Virus record (IMG/VR): IMGVR_UViG_3300017909_002523
Span: 1 to 32,473 of that record
Direction: 5' to 3' (one strand)
DNA: 32,473 nucleotides
Source of the DNA: a virus
Taxonomy: Duplodnaviria > Caudoviricetes
The notes beneath the pieces are model-generated. The model saw nothing but the letters and a program-made list of their open reading frames with translations. It did no database searches and had not been told where the DNA came from. A program made the translations under genes and the position numbers. Numbering within the stretch: position 1 is the stretch's first letter; each line of letters opens with the position of its first letter. Shown in pieces: positions 1 to 8,975 of this stretch.

Positions 1-141
1 ATAGAAGATAAAATTGAAGTAGTAGGAGATTATAAATTTGTTCAAGTAAGAACTGCTACAGTTATTAAAGAAGATGGAGTTGAAATAAATCGCTCTTTCA
101 GCAGAAAGATTTTAGTACCTTCTGTAAAGAATAATGAATCG
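1..141. repeat. Terminal direct repeat, left copy (141 bp)
   Basis: Identical to 32333-32473. It lies inside a continuous ORF, so it most likely reflects assembly overlap of a circular or permuted genome. Confidence 0.95.
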
Positions 142-273
142 TGGGAAGATACTGATATTTCAGGAGAATCTTCACAAGTTCAGGGTATCTGTAATGCTGT
201 ATGGACAAGCGATGTAAAAACAGCGTATCAAAATCATAAAGATTCTACAGAGCCTACCCCGCCTTCTGAATAA
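1..273 (+). CDS. 3' part of a 97-aa tail-fibre-associated (chaperone-like) protein spanning the contig junction
   Basis: Frame 1 is open (IEDKIEVVGDYKFVQVRTATVIKEDG...PPSE, TAA 271-273) and in frame with the ATG at 32312. Function inferred from position directly after the fibre gene. Confidence 0.8.
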   Translation: MEDKIEVVGDYKFVQVRTATVIKEDGVEINRSFSRKILVPSVKNNESWEDTDISGESSQVQGICNAVWTSDVKTAYQNHKDSTEPTPPSE

Positions 274-277
274 GTGA

Positions 278-1786
278 ATGGCACTCATTCCAGTTACTCC
301 ACCCGCAGGCATAGTCAAGAACGGAACTGACTATGGCAATAAAGGTCGTTGGGTTGACGGGGATTTAGTTCGTTTTGAAAATGGCTACCTAAAACCTATA
401 GGTGGTTGGGGAAAACTTAAAACAACAGCATTAGATGGCGCACCCATTGGGATGTACGCCTATTCAGATAATGCTGGTGAGCCTATTTTAGCAGTTGGTA
501 CTAGAGAAAAGGTTTATGTGTTGTATGACAATACATGGACAGACATCACCCCCGTAGGCTTTGTTAATGATACAACCAACGATCCTCTAGGATTCGGTGC
601 TTATACTTATGGCTCAGAAGATTATGGCGATGCTAGAAGTCAATCTGGACTACCTTTAGATACAGGTCATTTTTCATTCAGTAATTGGGGTGAAGATTTA
701 GTTTTCTGTTTCTCAGGCGATGGCAAGATTTATGAATGGTCGCCAAACTCAGGCGGTACACCTGATACCATAGCAACCGCAGTAACTAACGCACCTGTAG
801 GCAACCAAGCAACCATTGTTACCAATGAAAGACATTTAGTTGCGATTGGTTCAGCAAGTGATCCAAGAAAAATAGCATGGTCAACCAGAGAAGATCGTAA
901 TACTTGGACATCAAAAGCAACCAACACCGCAGGTGATTTACAAATCCCTACAGGTGGCAGAGCTTTATACGCTGTTAAGTTTAGATCCGACATTATCATT
1001 TTTAGTGATACAGGTATTAACAGAATGTTCTATTCTGGCTCACCTTTTGTTTATGGTATTGCTGATGCAGGTACAAACTGTAAAGCAGTAGGCAGAAGAG
1101 TAATTGTGCCTACAGGTAACTTCCTTGCATGGATGGGTGAAAATGCTTTTTATATCTATGATGGCTCAGTAAGAGAAATACCATGTGAGGTGCATGATTA
1201 TGTTTTTGATAATCTTAATGTACCAGCAAGAGCAGCTTCATGGGGTGGACATAACTCTAACTTTAATGAGATATGGTGGGGATTCCCAAGCGGTGATAGC
1301 CAATACACACCGAATAAATATGTGATTTGGAACTATGCACAAAATGTATGGTCAATCGGTGAACTTGATAGAGGATGTTGGATCGACCAAGGCGTGTTTA
1401 ATTATCCTATCTCTGCTGATTCAAGCGGATTTGTTTACGAACACGAATCAACTTTACTTGGTAATTCACCTGATCTTAATGGTAGATCACCTTTTTGTAC
1501 TTCAGGGCCAATACAAATTGGTCAGGGCGATAGATTAGTACAATGCAATCAAATCCTTCCAGATGAAGAAGCCAACACCTTGCCTGGTGTAACCCTTAGT
1601 TTCAAAGGTCGATTTAATCCACTTGGCGCAGAACAAGACTTTGGATCATTTACCTTTGAAAGTGATGGTTATGTAGATGCTAGATTTACCGCACGACAAG
1701 TAGAAATGACAGTTACAGGAAGCACAACTCAAGACTTCCAAGTCGGTGATATACGTTTAGATGTTAAGAACAGAGGCAGAAGATAA
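278..1786 (+). CDS. Podovirus tail nozzle / tail tubular protein B-like (P22 gp10-like position)
   Basis: 502 aa, beta-rich with W/G/D repeats suggesting a propeller; lies between fibre genes and ejected proteins. Confidence 0.6.
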   Translation: MALIPVTPPAGIVKNGTDYGNKGRWVDGDLVRFENGYLKPIGGWGKLKTTALDGAPIGMYAYSDNAGEPILAVGTREKVYVLYDNTWTDITPVGFVNDTTNDPLGFGAYTYGSEDYGDARSQSGLPLDTGHFSFSNWGEDLVFCFSGDGKIYEWSPNSGGTPDTIATAVTNAPVGNQATIVTNERHLVAIGSASDPRKIAWSTREDRNTWTSKATNTAGDLQIPTGGRALYAVKFRSDIIIFSDTGINRMFYSGSPFVYGIADAGTNCKAVGRRVIVPTGNFLAWMGENAFYIYDGSVREIPCEVHDYVFDNLNVPARAASWGGHNSNFNEIWWGFPSGDSQYTPNKYVIWNYAQNVWSIGELDRGCWIDQGVFNYPISADSSGFVYEHESTLLGNSPDLNGRSPFCTSGPIQIGQGDRLVQCNQILPDEEANTLPGVTLSFKGRFNPLGAEQDFGSFTFESDGYVDARFTARQVEMTVTGSTTQDFQVGDIRLDVKNRGRR

Positions 1787-2148
1787 TGGATTTATCCTCA
1801 CAACGACAGTACATACAAAGGGCTGTCAATGCTAAATTAGATGTAAGCGGTACTGCATCATTAGAAACTATTTACACAGCACCCACAGGCGGTGATTTTG
1901 ATTTTGCAATCGTAGAATCTTTATTGGTAGGTGATGATGGAAACCAACAAACTAATGTAGATATTGTAATCACTTCAGGTGCTACCAATCATTATCTTTG
2001 GAAAAACCACAATATTACTGCATACGAAACACAAGAGATGTTGTCTAAGAGTTTGATTCTTACAGCAGGTGAAATACTTAAAATACAAGTAAACCATGCA
2101 AACATTAATGTAACAGCGAGTATCGTTGAATATGGAAAAGGCGATTAG
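1786..2148 (+). CDS. Putative virion/tail protein
   Basis: 120 aa, TAATG-coupled to the upstream gene, beta-rich, in the tail module. Confidence 0.55.
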   Translation: MDLSSQRQYIQRAVNAKLDVSGTASLETIYTAPTGGDFDFAIVESLLVGDDGNQQTNVDIVITSGATNHYLWKNHNITAYETQEMLSKSLILTAGEILKIQVNHANINVTASIVEYGKGD

Positions 2149-2204
2149 ATAATGAATTTTTTTAATAAAATAGCTACAATAAAGGATATTTACAGGTTTT
2201 AATT

Positions 2205-3176
2205 ATGTCAATTTTTTCAGATATATTAGATATTGCCGGCGGTCTTCTAGGAGTTGGTTCTGCTGCAAAAGCAGCTTTTGATCCAGAAACAGGTCAAACA
2301 ACACAACAAATAGACCCTAGACAAATGGCAATGTATGAGGATTTATATAAAAGGGCACAAAGCATAGCAGGCCAGCCATTTGTACCTTATACCGGACCAA
2401 GGGTTGCAGGTTTTTCACCAGACCAATTAAGAGCATTTCAGGCTACTCGTGGATTGTTCGAAACAGGTATGCAGTATGATCCTTTGACTGGAATTAGAGA
2501 AATTGCAGAAGCCCCAATACCAGGTCTATTAGGTGCTGATATTGCAGCTTATCAATCACCATTCCAGGAACAAGTTATAGAAACCACTTTGGGAGACATA
2601 CAAAGACAAGCAGATATAGCTAGACAAGAAGCACAAGAAAGAGCAATAGGCGCAGGTGCTTTTGGTGGTTCACGATCAGCTATCTTAGAAGCAGAATCAC
2701 AAAGACCATTTGCAGATGTTATGGCAAGAACAGCCGCTGGTTTAAGACAAGCAGGGTTTGAACAAGCACAAAGAGCAGCTGAGTCTGATATTGCTAGACA
2801 ATTAGCGGGCAGAGAGTTTCGTGCTGGTTTATTAGGTGGAATAGGTGCGGAACAAGCAAGAAGACTTTCAGCATTAGGCGGCATTGGTGCTCAACAACAA
2901 GCATTGCAACAAGCAGCTTTAGAGGTTCCATACCAAGAATTCCAAAGAGCTTTAGCATACCCTCGACAACAATTAGGATTGCTTGCTTCTGGAATTAGCG
3001 CACAACCACTTGGTGAAGTAACAAGTTATAGACCCTCTGGCTTAGAAGGGCTAACTACAGGTTTGAACATATTGACTCAATATCAACCACAAATACAACA
3101 AGGTTTTAGTGCCTTGGGTGGATTATTTGGCGGTGGTTTTGGATCACAACAAAGACCACCGAGCTCATTTGCATAA
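2205..3176 (+). CDS. Putative DNA ejection/pilot protein
   Basis: 323 aa with Gly-rich hydrophobic N-terminus, Q/A-rich helices and GAFGGSR motif; first of three helical internal-virion-like genes. Confidence 0.6.
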   Translation: MSIFSDILDIAGGLLGVGSAAKAAFDPETGQTTQQIDPRQMAMYEDLYKRAQSIAGQPFVPYTGPRVAGFSPDQLRAFQATRGLFETGMQYDPLTGIREIAEAPIPGLLGADIAAYQSPFQEQVIETTLGDIQRQADIARQEAQERAIGAGAFGGSRSAILEAESQRPFADVMARTAAGLRQAGFEQAQRAAESDIARQLAGREFRAGLLGGIGAEQARRLSALGGIGAQQQALQQAALEVPYQEFQRALAYPRQQLGLLASGISAQPLGEVTSYRPSGLEGLTTGLNILTQYQPQIQQGFSALGGLFGGGFGSQQRPPSSFA

Positions 3177-3178
3177 TT

Positions 3179-4324
3179 ATGGCAAACTCACTAAAACAAT
3201 TAGCAGATATTTTAAGTGTTGAAACAGCAAGATTGTCTGGTGATCCAAGACGTTTGCAGGTTGCTTTAGAAGAAAATAGAGCAAATAAACTATTAGCAGA
3301 AAAAGAAGAAAGAAGGCAAGGTTTAACTCAGTGGGTTGATAGTTTAGAAAACACACCATTAGAAACTCGCAATCTTCTTAAAACACTACCGGAAGAATCT
3401 TTGTATGCTTATTTTTTAAAGACCGCTATGCCTTCAGAGCAGGGCCCAATTCAATGGCAGGTTTTAGATAAAAATGGGGAACCTATTGCTGCTCTTACCG
3501 ATGAAGAAGCAAAACAAATCAAAGATTCTATTTATGCGGCTGGTGGTCAATTAGCTAAGATTAGTTCACCAACACAAATTAGAGAAAGAGGTCAGGCTTC
3601 AAATGCAGGCAAAACATTTGAAGTATTTAAGACTAAATTAGATTCGCACACCACATTATTTAATGCTTTACAGGGTGCAGCCAACAAGCTTGCAGAAAGC
3701 CCAGAAGCAGCGCTAACAGGCGTAGGAACAGTGGCTCAGGCCATTGATGGGGTTGTTCAGTCAGTAGATGCTTTTGGAGATATTTTATCAGGTCAAAAAA
3801 ATCAAGACCCATATGCAAATACATTTAAAACATTTGAATCAGAAAAAGCTGGATTAAAAAACACAAAATTTTTTGATAGGATCATGCAGGTTTCTGAAGA
3901 TTTTGGAGTTTCCGAATCAAGAATTAGAGATTTAGCATACTTATTTGCTGCTGCCAGAGGTCAAGAGGGCAGGGGTCTTTCAGATAAAGATTATGAAAAT
4001 GCACTTGCTATTGTTTCAGGAGGTGTGGGAGCAACAGGAAGAATAGCTGTTATTGAAGACATTTACACTAGACTCCTTGATGATATTCAACTTCAACTGC
4101 AAGGGCAGGTAGAATTCTCACAAAATTTATTAAATCAAGGAATACAAACAGAAACTCAAGAAGAATTACTTGGTTACTATAATGCATACCCACAATTTAA
4201 AGCGTTTATAAATCCTTTAGAAGCAATAAAATCAAGAACACAAAATGATGCTATGGGGGTTCCTGGGCCAGGCGCATCAGTAGAACAAATCCAAGCATAT
4301 TATCAACAACAAGGCAAAATCTAA
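3179..4324 (+). CDS. Putative internal virion (ejected) protein
   Basis: 381 aa, helical composition, located in the ejectosome-like triplet. Confidence 0.5.
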   Translation: MANSLKQLADILSVETARLSGDPRRLQVALEENRANKLLAEKEERRQGLTQWVDSLENTPLETRNLLKTLPEESLYAYFLKTAMPSEQGPIQWQVLDKNGEPIAALTDEEAKQIKDSIYAAGGQLAKISSPTQIRERGQASNAGKTFEVFKTKLDSHTTLFNALQGAANKLAESPEAALTGVGTVAQAIDGVVQSVDAFGDILSGQKNQDPYANTFKTFESEKAGLKNTKFFDRIMQVSEDFGVSESRIRDLAYLFAAARGQEGRGLSDKDYENALAIVSGGVGATGRIAVIEDIYTRLLDDIQLQLQGQVEFSQNLLNQGIQTETQEELLGYYNAYPQFKAFINPLEAIKSRTQNDAMGVPGPGASVEQIQAYYQQQGKI

Positions 4325-6519
4325 TGTCTGTACAACATTTAAGCACTATTAACAAAGCGATAGAGCAAGCTTATGCTGAAGGGGATGAAGCTAAAGTAGT
4401 CGAGCTTTTAAAAACAAAGCAGGCTATAGAACAAGATATTGCAGCACAAGAAGTTCCAGCAGAGGTAGGCTTGGCTGAAGCTGCATTAGATATACCAATA
4501 AGCGGTGCACGAGGTCTTGTTACTGGATTAGCTGAAACAGCAGCATTACCATCAGCAGCCGAACAGCTTGCTGGTTTTGGCGTAAGAAAATTAGAAGAAC
4601 GTTTGCCCGGTGTTACAGAAGTCCCAAGACGAATTGCTGAAGCTTTACCAGAGTCTTTGAAGAGAGTTCCATCAGTAGGGGCTATATCAGGAGTGTTTAC
4701 CGGCGAAAGGGTTTTTCCTGGGCTTGATACAATCATGTCTTTGATAGAAAGGGTCCCTGGTGCAAAAGCACTAACACAATATCAACCAAAAACAGTGCCT
4801 GGAAGATTGGTAGAATCCACAGCAGAATTTGCTGCTCCTGGTTTGCCTTTTGTAAGAACAGGTCGTGCTGCTGCAAAAACACTTGGAGTCGGCGCAGCAG
4901 GCGGTGTTCCTTATGAATTATTAGAAGAAGAAGCACCAATGGCGGGATTAGGAGCCGCCCTTACAGGTCAACTATTAGCCGCAAGAGCTCTCAAACCAAA
5001 ACAAGCAGATAGAATTATTAGGGATGTTGCTAGAACCATTGATGACAAAGAATTTGAGGTTGCAAAACTTATAGAAGAAGAAGCAGTAAGATTAAATATA
5101 CCTATATCTGCTGCTGAAATTGTTGACAATAAACTTTTACAAAGACTTGGTGAGGATGTATATAAATCTACGTCTGGCGGCCCTGGCATGTATGAATATT
5201 TTAAATCAAGACCGGACATAATTAAGTCAGAAACAGAAAAGCTTGTTGGAACCATAATGAAAAATCCTGAATATAGAAAAGCTGCATTTCAAGAGGTTAA
5301 AGAAGCAGGTATAGAGGCAGTCAAACAGGCAAAACTAACAAGAACATTTAAAAGCGATGAAATATTTGAGTTAGCAGACCAACAAAGTATTGATCCAAAT
5401 TTAGTTACAAGCATTATCAAAAAAATTGATGATCGAATTAATAGATTGGATGCAGATGATACTGCAAACAAAACCATGCTTTTGAATATAAAAAGAGGTT
5501 TAACAAAAAAGGTTGAAAAACCAAAAGAAATTACTCTGCCAGATGGACAAAAAATTAAAACCAAGCCAAAAATAATTCCAGAAGTTAATATTGAAAAAAT
5601 TAGTAATTTGGCAAGAAGGTACAGAGAAAAACACGATGACTCAACCACAGGAATTTTGAAAGATAAAGAAGCTCTAAATAGTCTTGGTAGGAATATTTTA
5701 TTTAATCAGAACCAAACAGGAATTGCAGATGATTTATTTAGTGCATTAAAGACCAATAAAGATTACAAAGAGGCGAGTGACCTTTATCAAAAATTAAGTG
5801 AAGAGCTTGTTGAGGTTGTAAGAGATAGTGTTGGTGGTTTATATAAGGGCAAGGCATCACCGGCTGCTATGCAAAAATTTGTTTTTGATCCTGACTTAAT
5901 GACAGATGCTTCAGTAAAAAGTGTTTATACAGAACTTAATAAAGTTAATAAAGAGGCTTTCCCAAAATTGGTTGGTTTATATATACAAAATGCATCAAGA
6001 AAAGCATTTAAAAAAACCCCTCAAGGAAAATCACTTAAAACTGGTTTTAATTTATACAATATTCTTGCTGGGGATGCTCAAAAAGCAGAGATATTTAACC
6101 GTGCACTTTTGGGTGTGGCAGATGCTAAAGGGCTCAATAAAACACAAACCGCTAATTATGTTGAAGGATTTAAAAAGTTTGGTCAAATCTTAGAAAGAAC
6201 AGCAAGATTAGCAAATATAGATAGACCGACAGGCGTGTTACCAGATTTCCAAAAAGGAATTACAAAACAAGCGGCACAGATTGGCTCTTTTATGTGGAGG
6301 TTAAAACTTGCTACAAGGTATGGTGAATTTGTAGAAGACAAGACTTTTAAAGAGCTAACAAAAATATTAACGTCTGATAATTCAGTGCAAGAGTTACAAA
6401 GAATTGGCAGATTGGCGGTTGGCTCTGAAGAAGCCGCAATGAGAGCAGCGAACATTATCACTGCACTTGATATGCCAGCATTAACAGCAGAAAGATTACA
6501 GCCGGAAAAAGAAGAATAG
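4324..6519 (+). CDS. Putative large internal virion (ejected) protein
   Basis: 731 aa; Ala/Gly-rich N-terminal third and Lys-rich helical remainder; TAATG-coupled; last gene of the structural run. Confidence 0.55.
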   Translation: MSVQHLSTINKAIEQAYAEGDEAKVVELLKTKQAIEQDIAAQEVPAEVGLAEAALDIPISGARGLVTGLAETAALPSAAEQLAGFGVRKLEERLPGVTEVPRRIAEALPESLKRVPSVGAISGVFTGERVFPGLDTIMSLIERVPGAKALTQYQPKTVPGRLVESTAEFAAPGLPFVRTGRAAAKTLGVGAAGGVPYELLEEEAPMAGLGAALTGQLLAARALKPKQADRIIRDVARTIDDKEFEVAKLIEEEAVRLNIPISAAEIVDNKLLQRLGEDVYKSTSGGPGMYEYFKSRPDIIKSETEKLVGTIMKNPEYRKAAFQEVKEAGIEAVKQAKLTRTFKSDEIFELADQQSIDPNLVTSIIKKIDDRINRLDADDTANKTMLLNIKRGLTKKVEKPKEITLPDGQKIKTKPKIIPEVNIEKISNLARRYREKHDDSTTGILKDKEALNSLGRNILFNQNQTGIADDLFSALKTNKDYKEASDLYQKLSEELVEVVRDSVGGLYKGKASPAAMQKFVFDPDLMTDASVKSVYTELNKVNKEAFPKLVGLYIQNASRKAFKKTPQGKSLKTGFNLYNILAGDAQKAEIFNRALLGVADAKGLNKTQTANYVEGFKKFGQILERTARLANIDRPTGVLPDFQKGITKQAAQIGSFMWRLKLATRYGEFVEDKTFKELTKILTSDNSVQELQRIGRLAVGSEEAAMRAANIITALDMPALTAERLQPEKEE

Positions 6520-6523
6520 AATT

Positions 6524-6916
6524 ATGCCAAGGGCCACTGAAAGAGTTGGTCGATCAGGTGAATATCTCGCAGCAGCACTTCTCTCTCAAGTTTCTGATAC
6601 AGTCTTAATAGTTCCTCATGGCTCAGAGGCAGATTTAATTTTTGAATACAAAAATAAACTCTATAAGGTCCAAGTCAAAACATCATCCAAAATAAATAAA
6701 GGTAGAGTTAATTGGCGATTCGATATGCGGAGAGGCTCTCATACAAAACAAAGAGATTATCAAGAGCAAGCAGTAGATATATTTGCCTTGGTTTCTCTTA
6801 AATATAGAAACGCAGTTTTTATAAAACCCATAGACCAAAATCAGCTAACCATAGCCGATGAACACATCAAAAATAACGACCCCATCAAAAACATTTTAGA
6901 CATTATTCAAAACTAA
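6524..6916 (+). CDS. PD-(D/E)XK-family endonuclease
   Basis: GxxGE helix, ADL, and VQVKT (Q-x-K) catalytic pattern in 130 aa. Confidence 0.75.
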   Translation: MPRATERVGRSGEYLAAALLSQVSDTVLIVPHGSEADLIFEYKNKLYKVQVKTSSKINKGRVNWRFDMRRGSHTKQRDYQEQAVDIFALVSLKYRNAVFIKPIDQNQLTIADEHIKNNDPIKNILDIIQN

Positions 6917-6917
6917 T

Positions 6918-6946
6918 TTGCATTCTCTAAAAACATATGGTTTAAT
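6918..6946 (+). promoter_or_regulatory. Putative sigma70 promoter for the micro-ORF/integrase operon
   Basis: TTGCAT-N17-TTTAAT with extended -10 TGn; overlapped by inverted repeat AAAACATA (6930-6937) / TATGTTTT (6952-6959). Confidence 0.5.
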
Positions 6947-6993
6947 TTTCTTATGTTTTCATCTTTTTACATGTTTATACATAAGGAGTAACG

Positions 6994-7188
6994 ATGGCAT
7001 ATCCAGAAAATAGAAAAGCAGTAGAAGAAAGAAAATTCCAATTATTTCAAAAAAGGTCTAAGTTACCGGCTCGGCATCATATAGCTGGCGATGACTTTGA
7101 TCTTTTGTATTATGATGATGGTAAAATAGTTATGGATTTTCACGACAGAAGAAAAAAACCAAAAGTAGTGCAAAAGTCGTGCATTTAG
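6994..7188 (+). CDS. Hypothetical protein (64 aa)
   Basis: Strong RBS TAAGGAG 5 nt upstream of ATG. Confidence 0.7.
   Translation: MAYPENRKAVEERKFQLFQKRSKLPARHHIAGDDFDLLYYDDGKIVMDFHDRRKKPKVVQKSCI
7160..7183. repeat. Tandem 11-bp direct repeat, candidate integrase arm-type sites
   Basis: CAAAAGTAGTG-CAAAAGTCGTG-CA, about 500 bp upstream of int. Confidence 0.4.
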
Positions 7189-7191
7189 TTT

Positions 7192-7266
7192 TTGAAGTTT
7201 TATCGTGGTTGCTACTGTCCTCCCTTATACTGATATTCTCTTCAGTAGCAGCTACGATAATTTCAA
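7192..7266 (+). ncRNA. Structured RNA element: long hairpin with anti-SD loop
   Basis: 18-bp stem 7200-7217/7243-7260 whose only two non-Watson-Crick pairs are G-U on the + strand; outer TTGAAG/TTTCAA extension; 25-nt loop containing TCCTCCCTTAT. Confidence 0.55.
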
Positions 7267-7304
7267 TACTTATTTTTGAAGATAGATATTAGATAGGAGC
7301 AAAA

Positions 7305-7385
7305 ATGTTAGACACCATAGGTATATTAATGGCACTGTTATTAATTATAATTGTGCTTACAGACCTTAACCCTCCAGGAGCATAA
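7305..7385 (+). CDS. 26-aa single-TM hydrophobic peptide (MLDTIGILMALLLIIIVLTDLNPPGA)
   Basis: RBS AGGAG 5 nt upstream; not in the ORF track; first of a coupled chain. Confidence 0.6.
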   Translation: MLDTIGILMALLLIIIVLTDLNPPGA

Positions 7386-7387
7386 CC

Positions 7388-7438
7388 ATGGTTAATTACC
7401 CATGCGGATGGTTTGATCCGGAACAATTACCCAAATGA
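7388..7438 (+). CDS. 16-aa micro-peptide (MVNYPCGWFDPEQLPK)
   Basis: RBS AGGAG upstream; ATGA-coupled to the next ORF. Confidence 0.5.
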   Translation: MVNYPCGWFDPEQLPK

Positions 7439-7590
7439 TGAAACACAAGCAAACATTAAAGCTTGTGGTTTATACAGATAAAGACATTATGAGCGAAAAC
7501 TTTAATGAGCAACTAAAAATCATACAAAAAGCAATGAGAGAAAATAAATTTCATATAGAAATGATCAACCCACCCAAGAAGGATCAATAA
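7435..7590 (+). CDS. Hypothetical protein (51 aa, MMKHKQTLKLVVYTDK...)
   Basis: ATGA overlap upstream and TAATG overlap downstream. Confidence 0.6.
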   Translation: MMKHKQTLKLVVYTDKDIMSENFNEQLKIIQKAMRENKFHIEMINPPKKDQ

Positions 7591-7745
7591 TGTCAAAAGG
7601 TTCAAAGCCACGTCCACACAATAAATCTAAGTTTGATGAAAACTTTGACCGCATATTCAATAAACAAAAAAATACAAGGAGCAAAGATGTATTTAACAAC
7701 AAGCGACACGCAGATTCGTGCACTAAAAAAGATAACAAGGACTAA
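7590..7745 (+). CDS. Small basic protein (51 aa, MSKGSKPRPHNKSKFDENFDRIF...)
   Basis: RBS AAGGA, TAATG coupling; overlaps the 5' end of int. Confidence 0.6.
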   Translation: MSKGSKPRPHNKSKFDENFDRIFNKQKNTRSKDVFNNKRHADSCTKKDNKD

Positions 7746-8760
7746 CAAAAAGGGAGATAAATACACTAATTATTATCTCTATTATCGTTTTGAAGGTAAG
7801 CGCAAAATGGTAAAGATTGCACCGGGGACAACACCCATCAATCTTGCACGCAAGCTTGCAATCGAAACGCAAAGTAAAATATTACAGGGCCAAGACCCAC
7901 TAAATAAAAAAGATATTATTACTTTTGGCGATGTCTTTGATATTTATATCCAAACACTAGAAGCTAAACAAGCCAAGACGATTGATGACATCAAAAGGTT
8001 TTATGACAAAGATATAAAATCAAAATTACACAATAAAGATGTAACTACCATAAACAGGGCTGATATTGCATCATTACATTTTGATATAACTAAACGATCA
8101 CCAATCACGGCTAATCGTTGTTTGAGTATTATTAATGCAATATTAAATGTTGCCTATCATCGTGGTTATGTAGAAAAGAATCATGCAGCCGGTATTCAAA
8201 AGAATAGAGAGACTAAAAGAAAAAGATATATGACTAATGATGAATTAAAAAGAATCGTACATATATTGAATGAAAAGAATAAAGCAGAGAGAAACAAGCC
8301 CTCTATAGCTTTTATATGGTTATTGCTGCTTACAGGCGCAAGGGTATCAGAGATAGCTAACGCTAAATGGAGTGACATTGAAGATAATAAGATTATAATA
8401 AGGGAGCACAAGACAGATCGCTTTGGTGAGAATCGTAATCTATATCTAACACCTTTGCTCCTTGAAATTTTGCGGAGCTTGCCGAAGCGACACTCTACTA
8501 TCACCGGCATCAAAACACCTAAAAAGTTATGGAATACAATCAGAAAAGAGGCTGATTGCGAAGACTTACGCTTGCATGATTTAAGACATTCCTATGCATC
8601 CTGGGCCCTAGAGAACGTTAATCTGTCAGAGGTTGGTAATTTATTGGGTCATAGGGACATTGCGACAACACAAAGATATGCACATGTGCATGCATGCAGG
8701 GCGGAAGAGAACGCACAAAAAATCGGTAAGCACCTACAAAAACTAATTATGAGTGCTTAG
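7687..8760 (+). CDS. int: Tyrosine recombinase / phage integrase
   Basis: TGARVSE (R), HKT (K), LHDLRHS (HxxR), LLGH, TTQRYAH (Y); N-terminal arm-binding-like domain. Start moved to ATG 7687, which has an AAGGAG RBS. Confidence 0.93.
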   Translation: MYLTTSDTQIRALKKITRTNKKGDKYTNYYLYYRFEGKRKMVKIAPGTTPINLARKLAIETQSKILQGQDPLNKKDIITFGDVFDIYIQTLEAKQAKTIDDIKRFYDKDIKSKLHNKDVTTINRADIASLHFDITKRSPITANRCLSIINAILNVAYHRGYVEKNHAAGIQKNRETKRKRYMTNDELKRIVHILNEKNKAERNKPSIAFIWLLLLTGARVSEIANAKWSDIEDNKIIIREHKTDRFGENRNLYLTPLLLEILRSLPKRHSTITGIKTPKKLWNTIRKEADCEDLRLHDLRHSYASWALENVNLSEVGNLLGHRDIATTQRYAHVHACRAEENAQKIGKHLQKLIMSA

Positions 8761-8964
8761 TTAGACGTTTTCTATATCAAGCGATACTTTTTTGTTATCA
8801 GGTGTGTGAATACCTAAGTTGATTAAATATTCAGCAACACTTGAAGAACTTTTATTATTCTTAATACAGAATTTTTTGAATTCACGAACCAGTGCTCTAT
8901 CTACATAGATAGCTTTTTTACCGGCTCTTTCAAGTAATGGGTCTTGAAAGTCAGCAAAATTCAT
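8761..8964 (-). CDS. Small putative ribbon-helix-helix DNA-binding protein
   Basis: KAIYVD beta-strand followed by two helices (RALVREFKKFC, SSVAEYLINLG); RBS GGAG. Confidence 0.55.
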   Translation of the reverse strand: MNFADFQDPLLERAGKKAIYVDRALVREFKKFCIKNNKSSSSVAEYLINLGIHTPDNKKVSLDIENV

Positions 8965-8975
8965 AATTTTCTCCG

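Noticed and set aside
1-141. 141-bp repeat as a biological terminal repeat
   Set aside because: It falls mid-gene, far from terS, and its length equals a common assembler k-mer; better read as circular overlap.
730-6461. Antisense or off-frame ORFs inside tail genes (730, 1335, 2552, 3177, 4371, 4733, 4968, 5289, 5921, 6183)
   Set aside because: Shadow frames of long + strand genes with no supporting motifs.
7192-7266. Ordinary rho-independent terminator or tRNA
   Set aside because: 25-nt loop, no proper U-tract after the stem, and no cloverleaf.
7597-7612. GGTTCAAAGCC as a tRNA T-loop attP core
   Set aside because: No acceptor-stem context, and it is explained as coding (GSKP) in ORF 7590-7745.
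7633-7686. Upstream starts given in the track for int and for the ORFs at 9284, 10199, 11255, 16889, 22653, 23234, 25120 and 28472
   Set aside because: Downstream ATGs have better RBS or stop-start coupling; the 28472 start lies within the capsid terminator stem.
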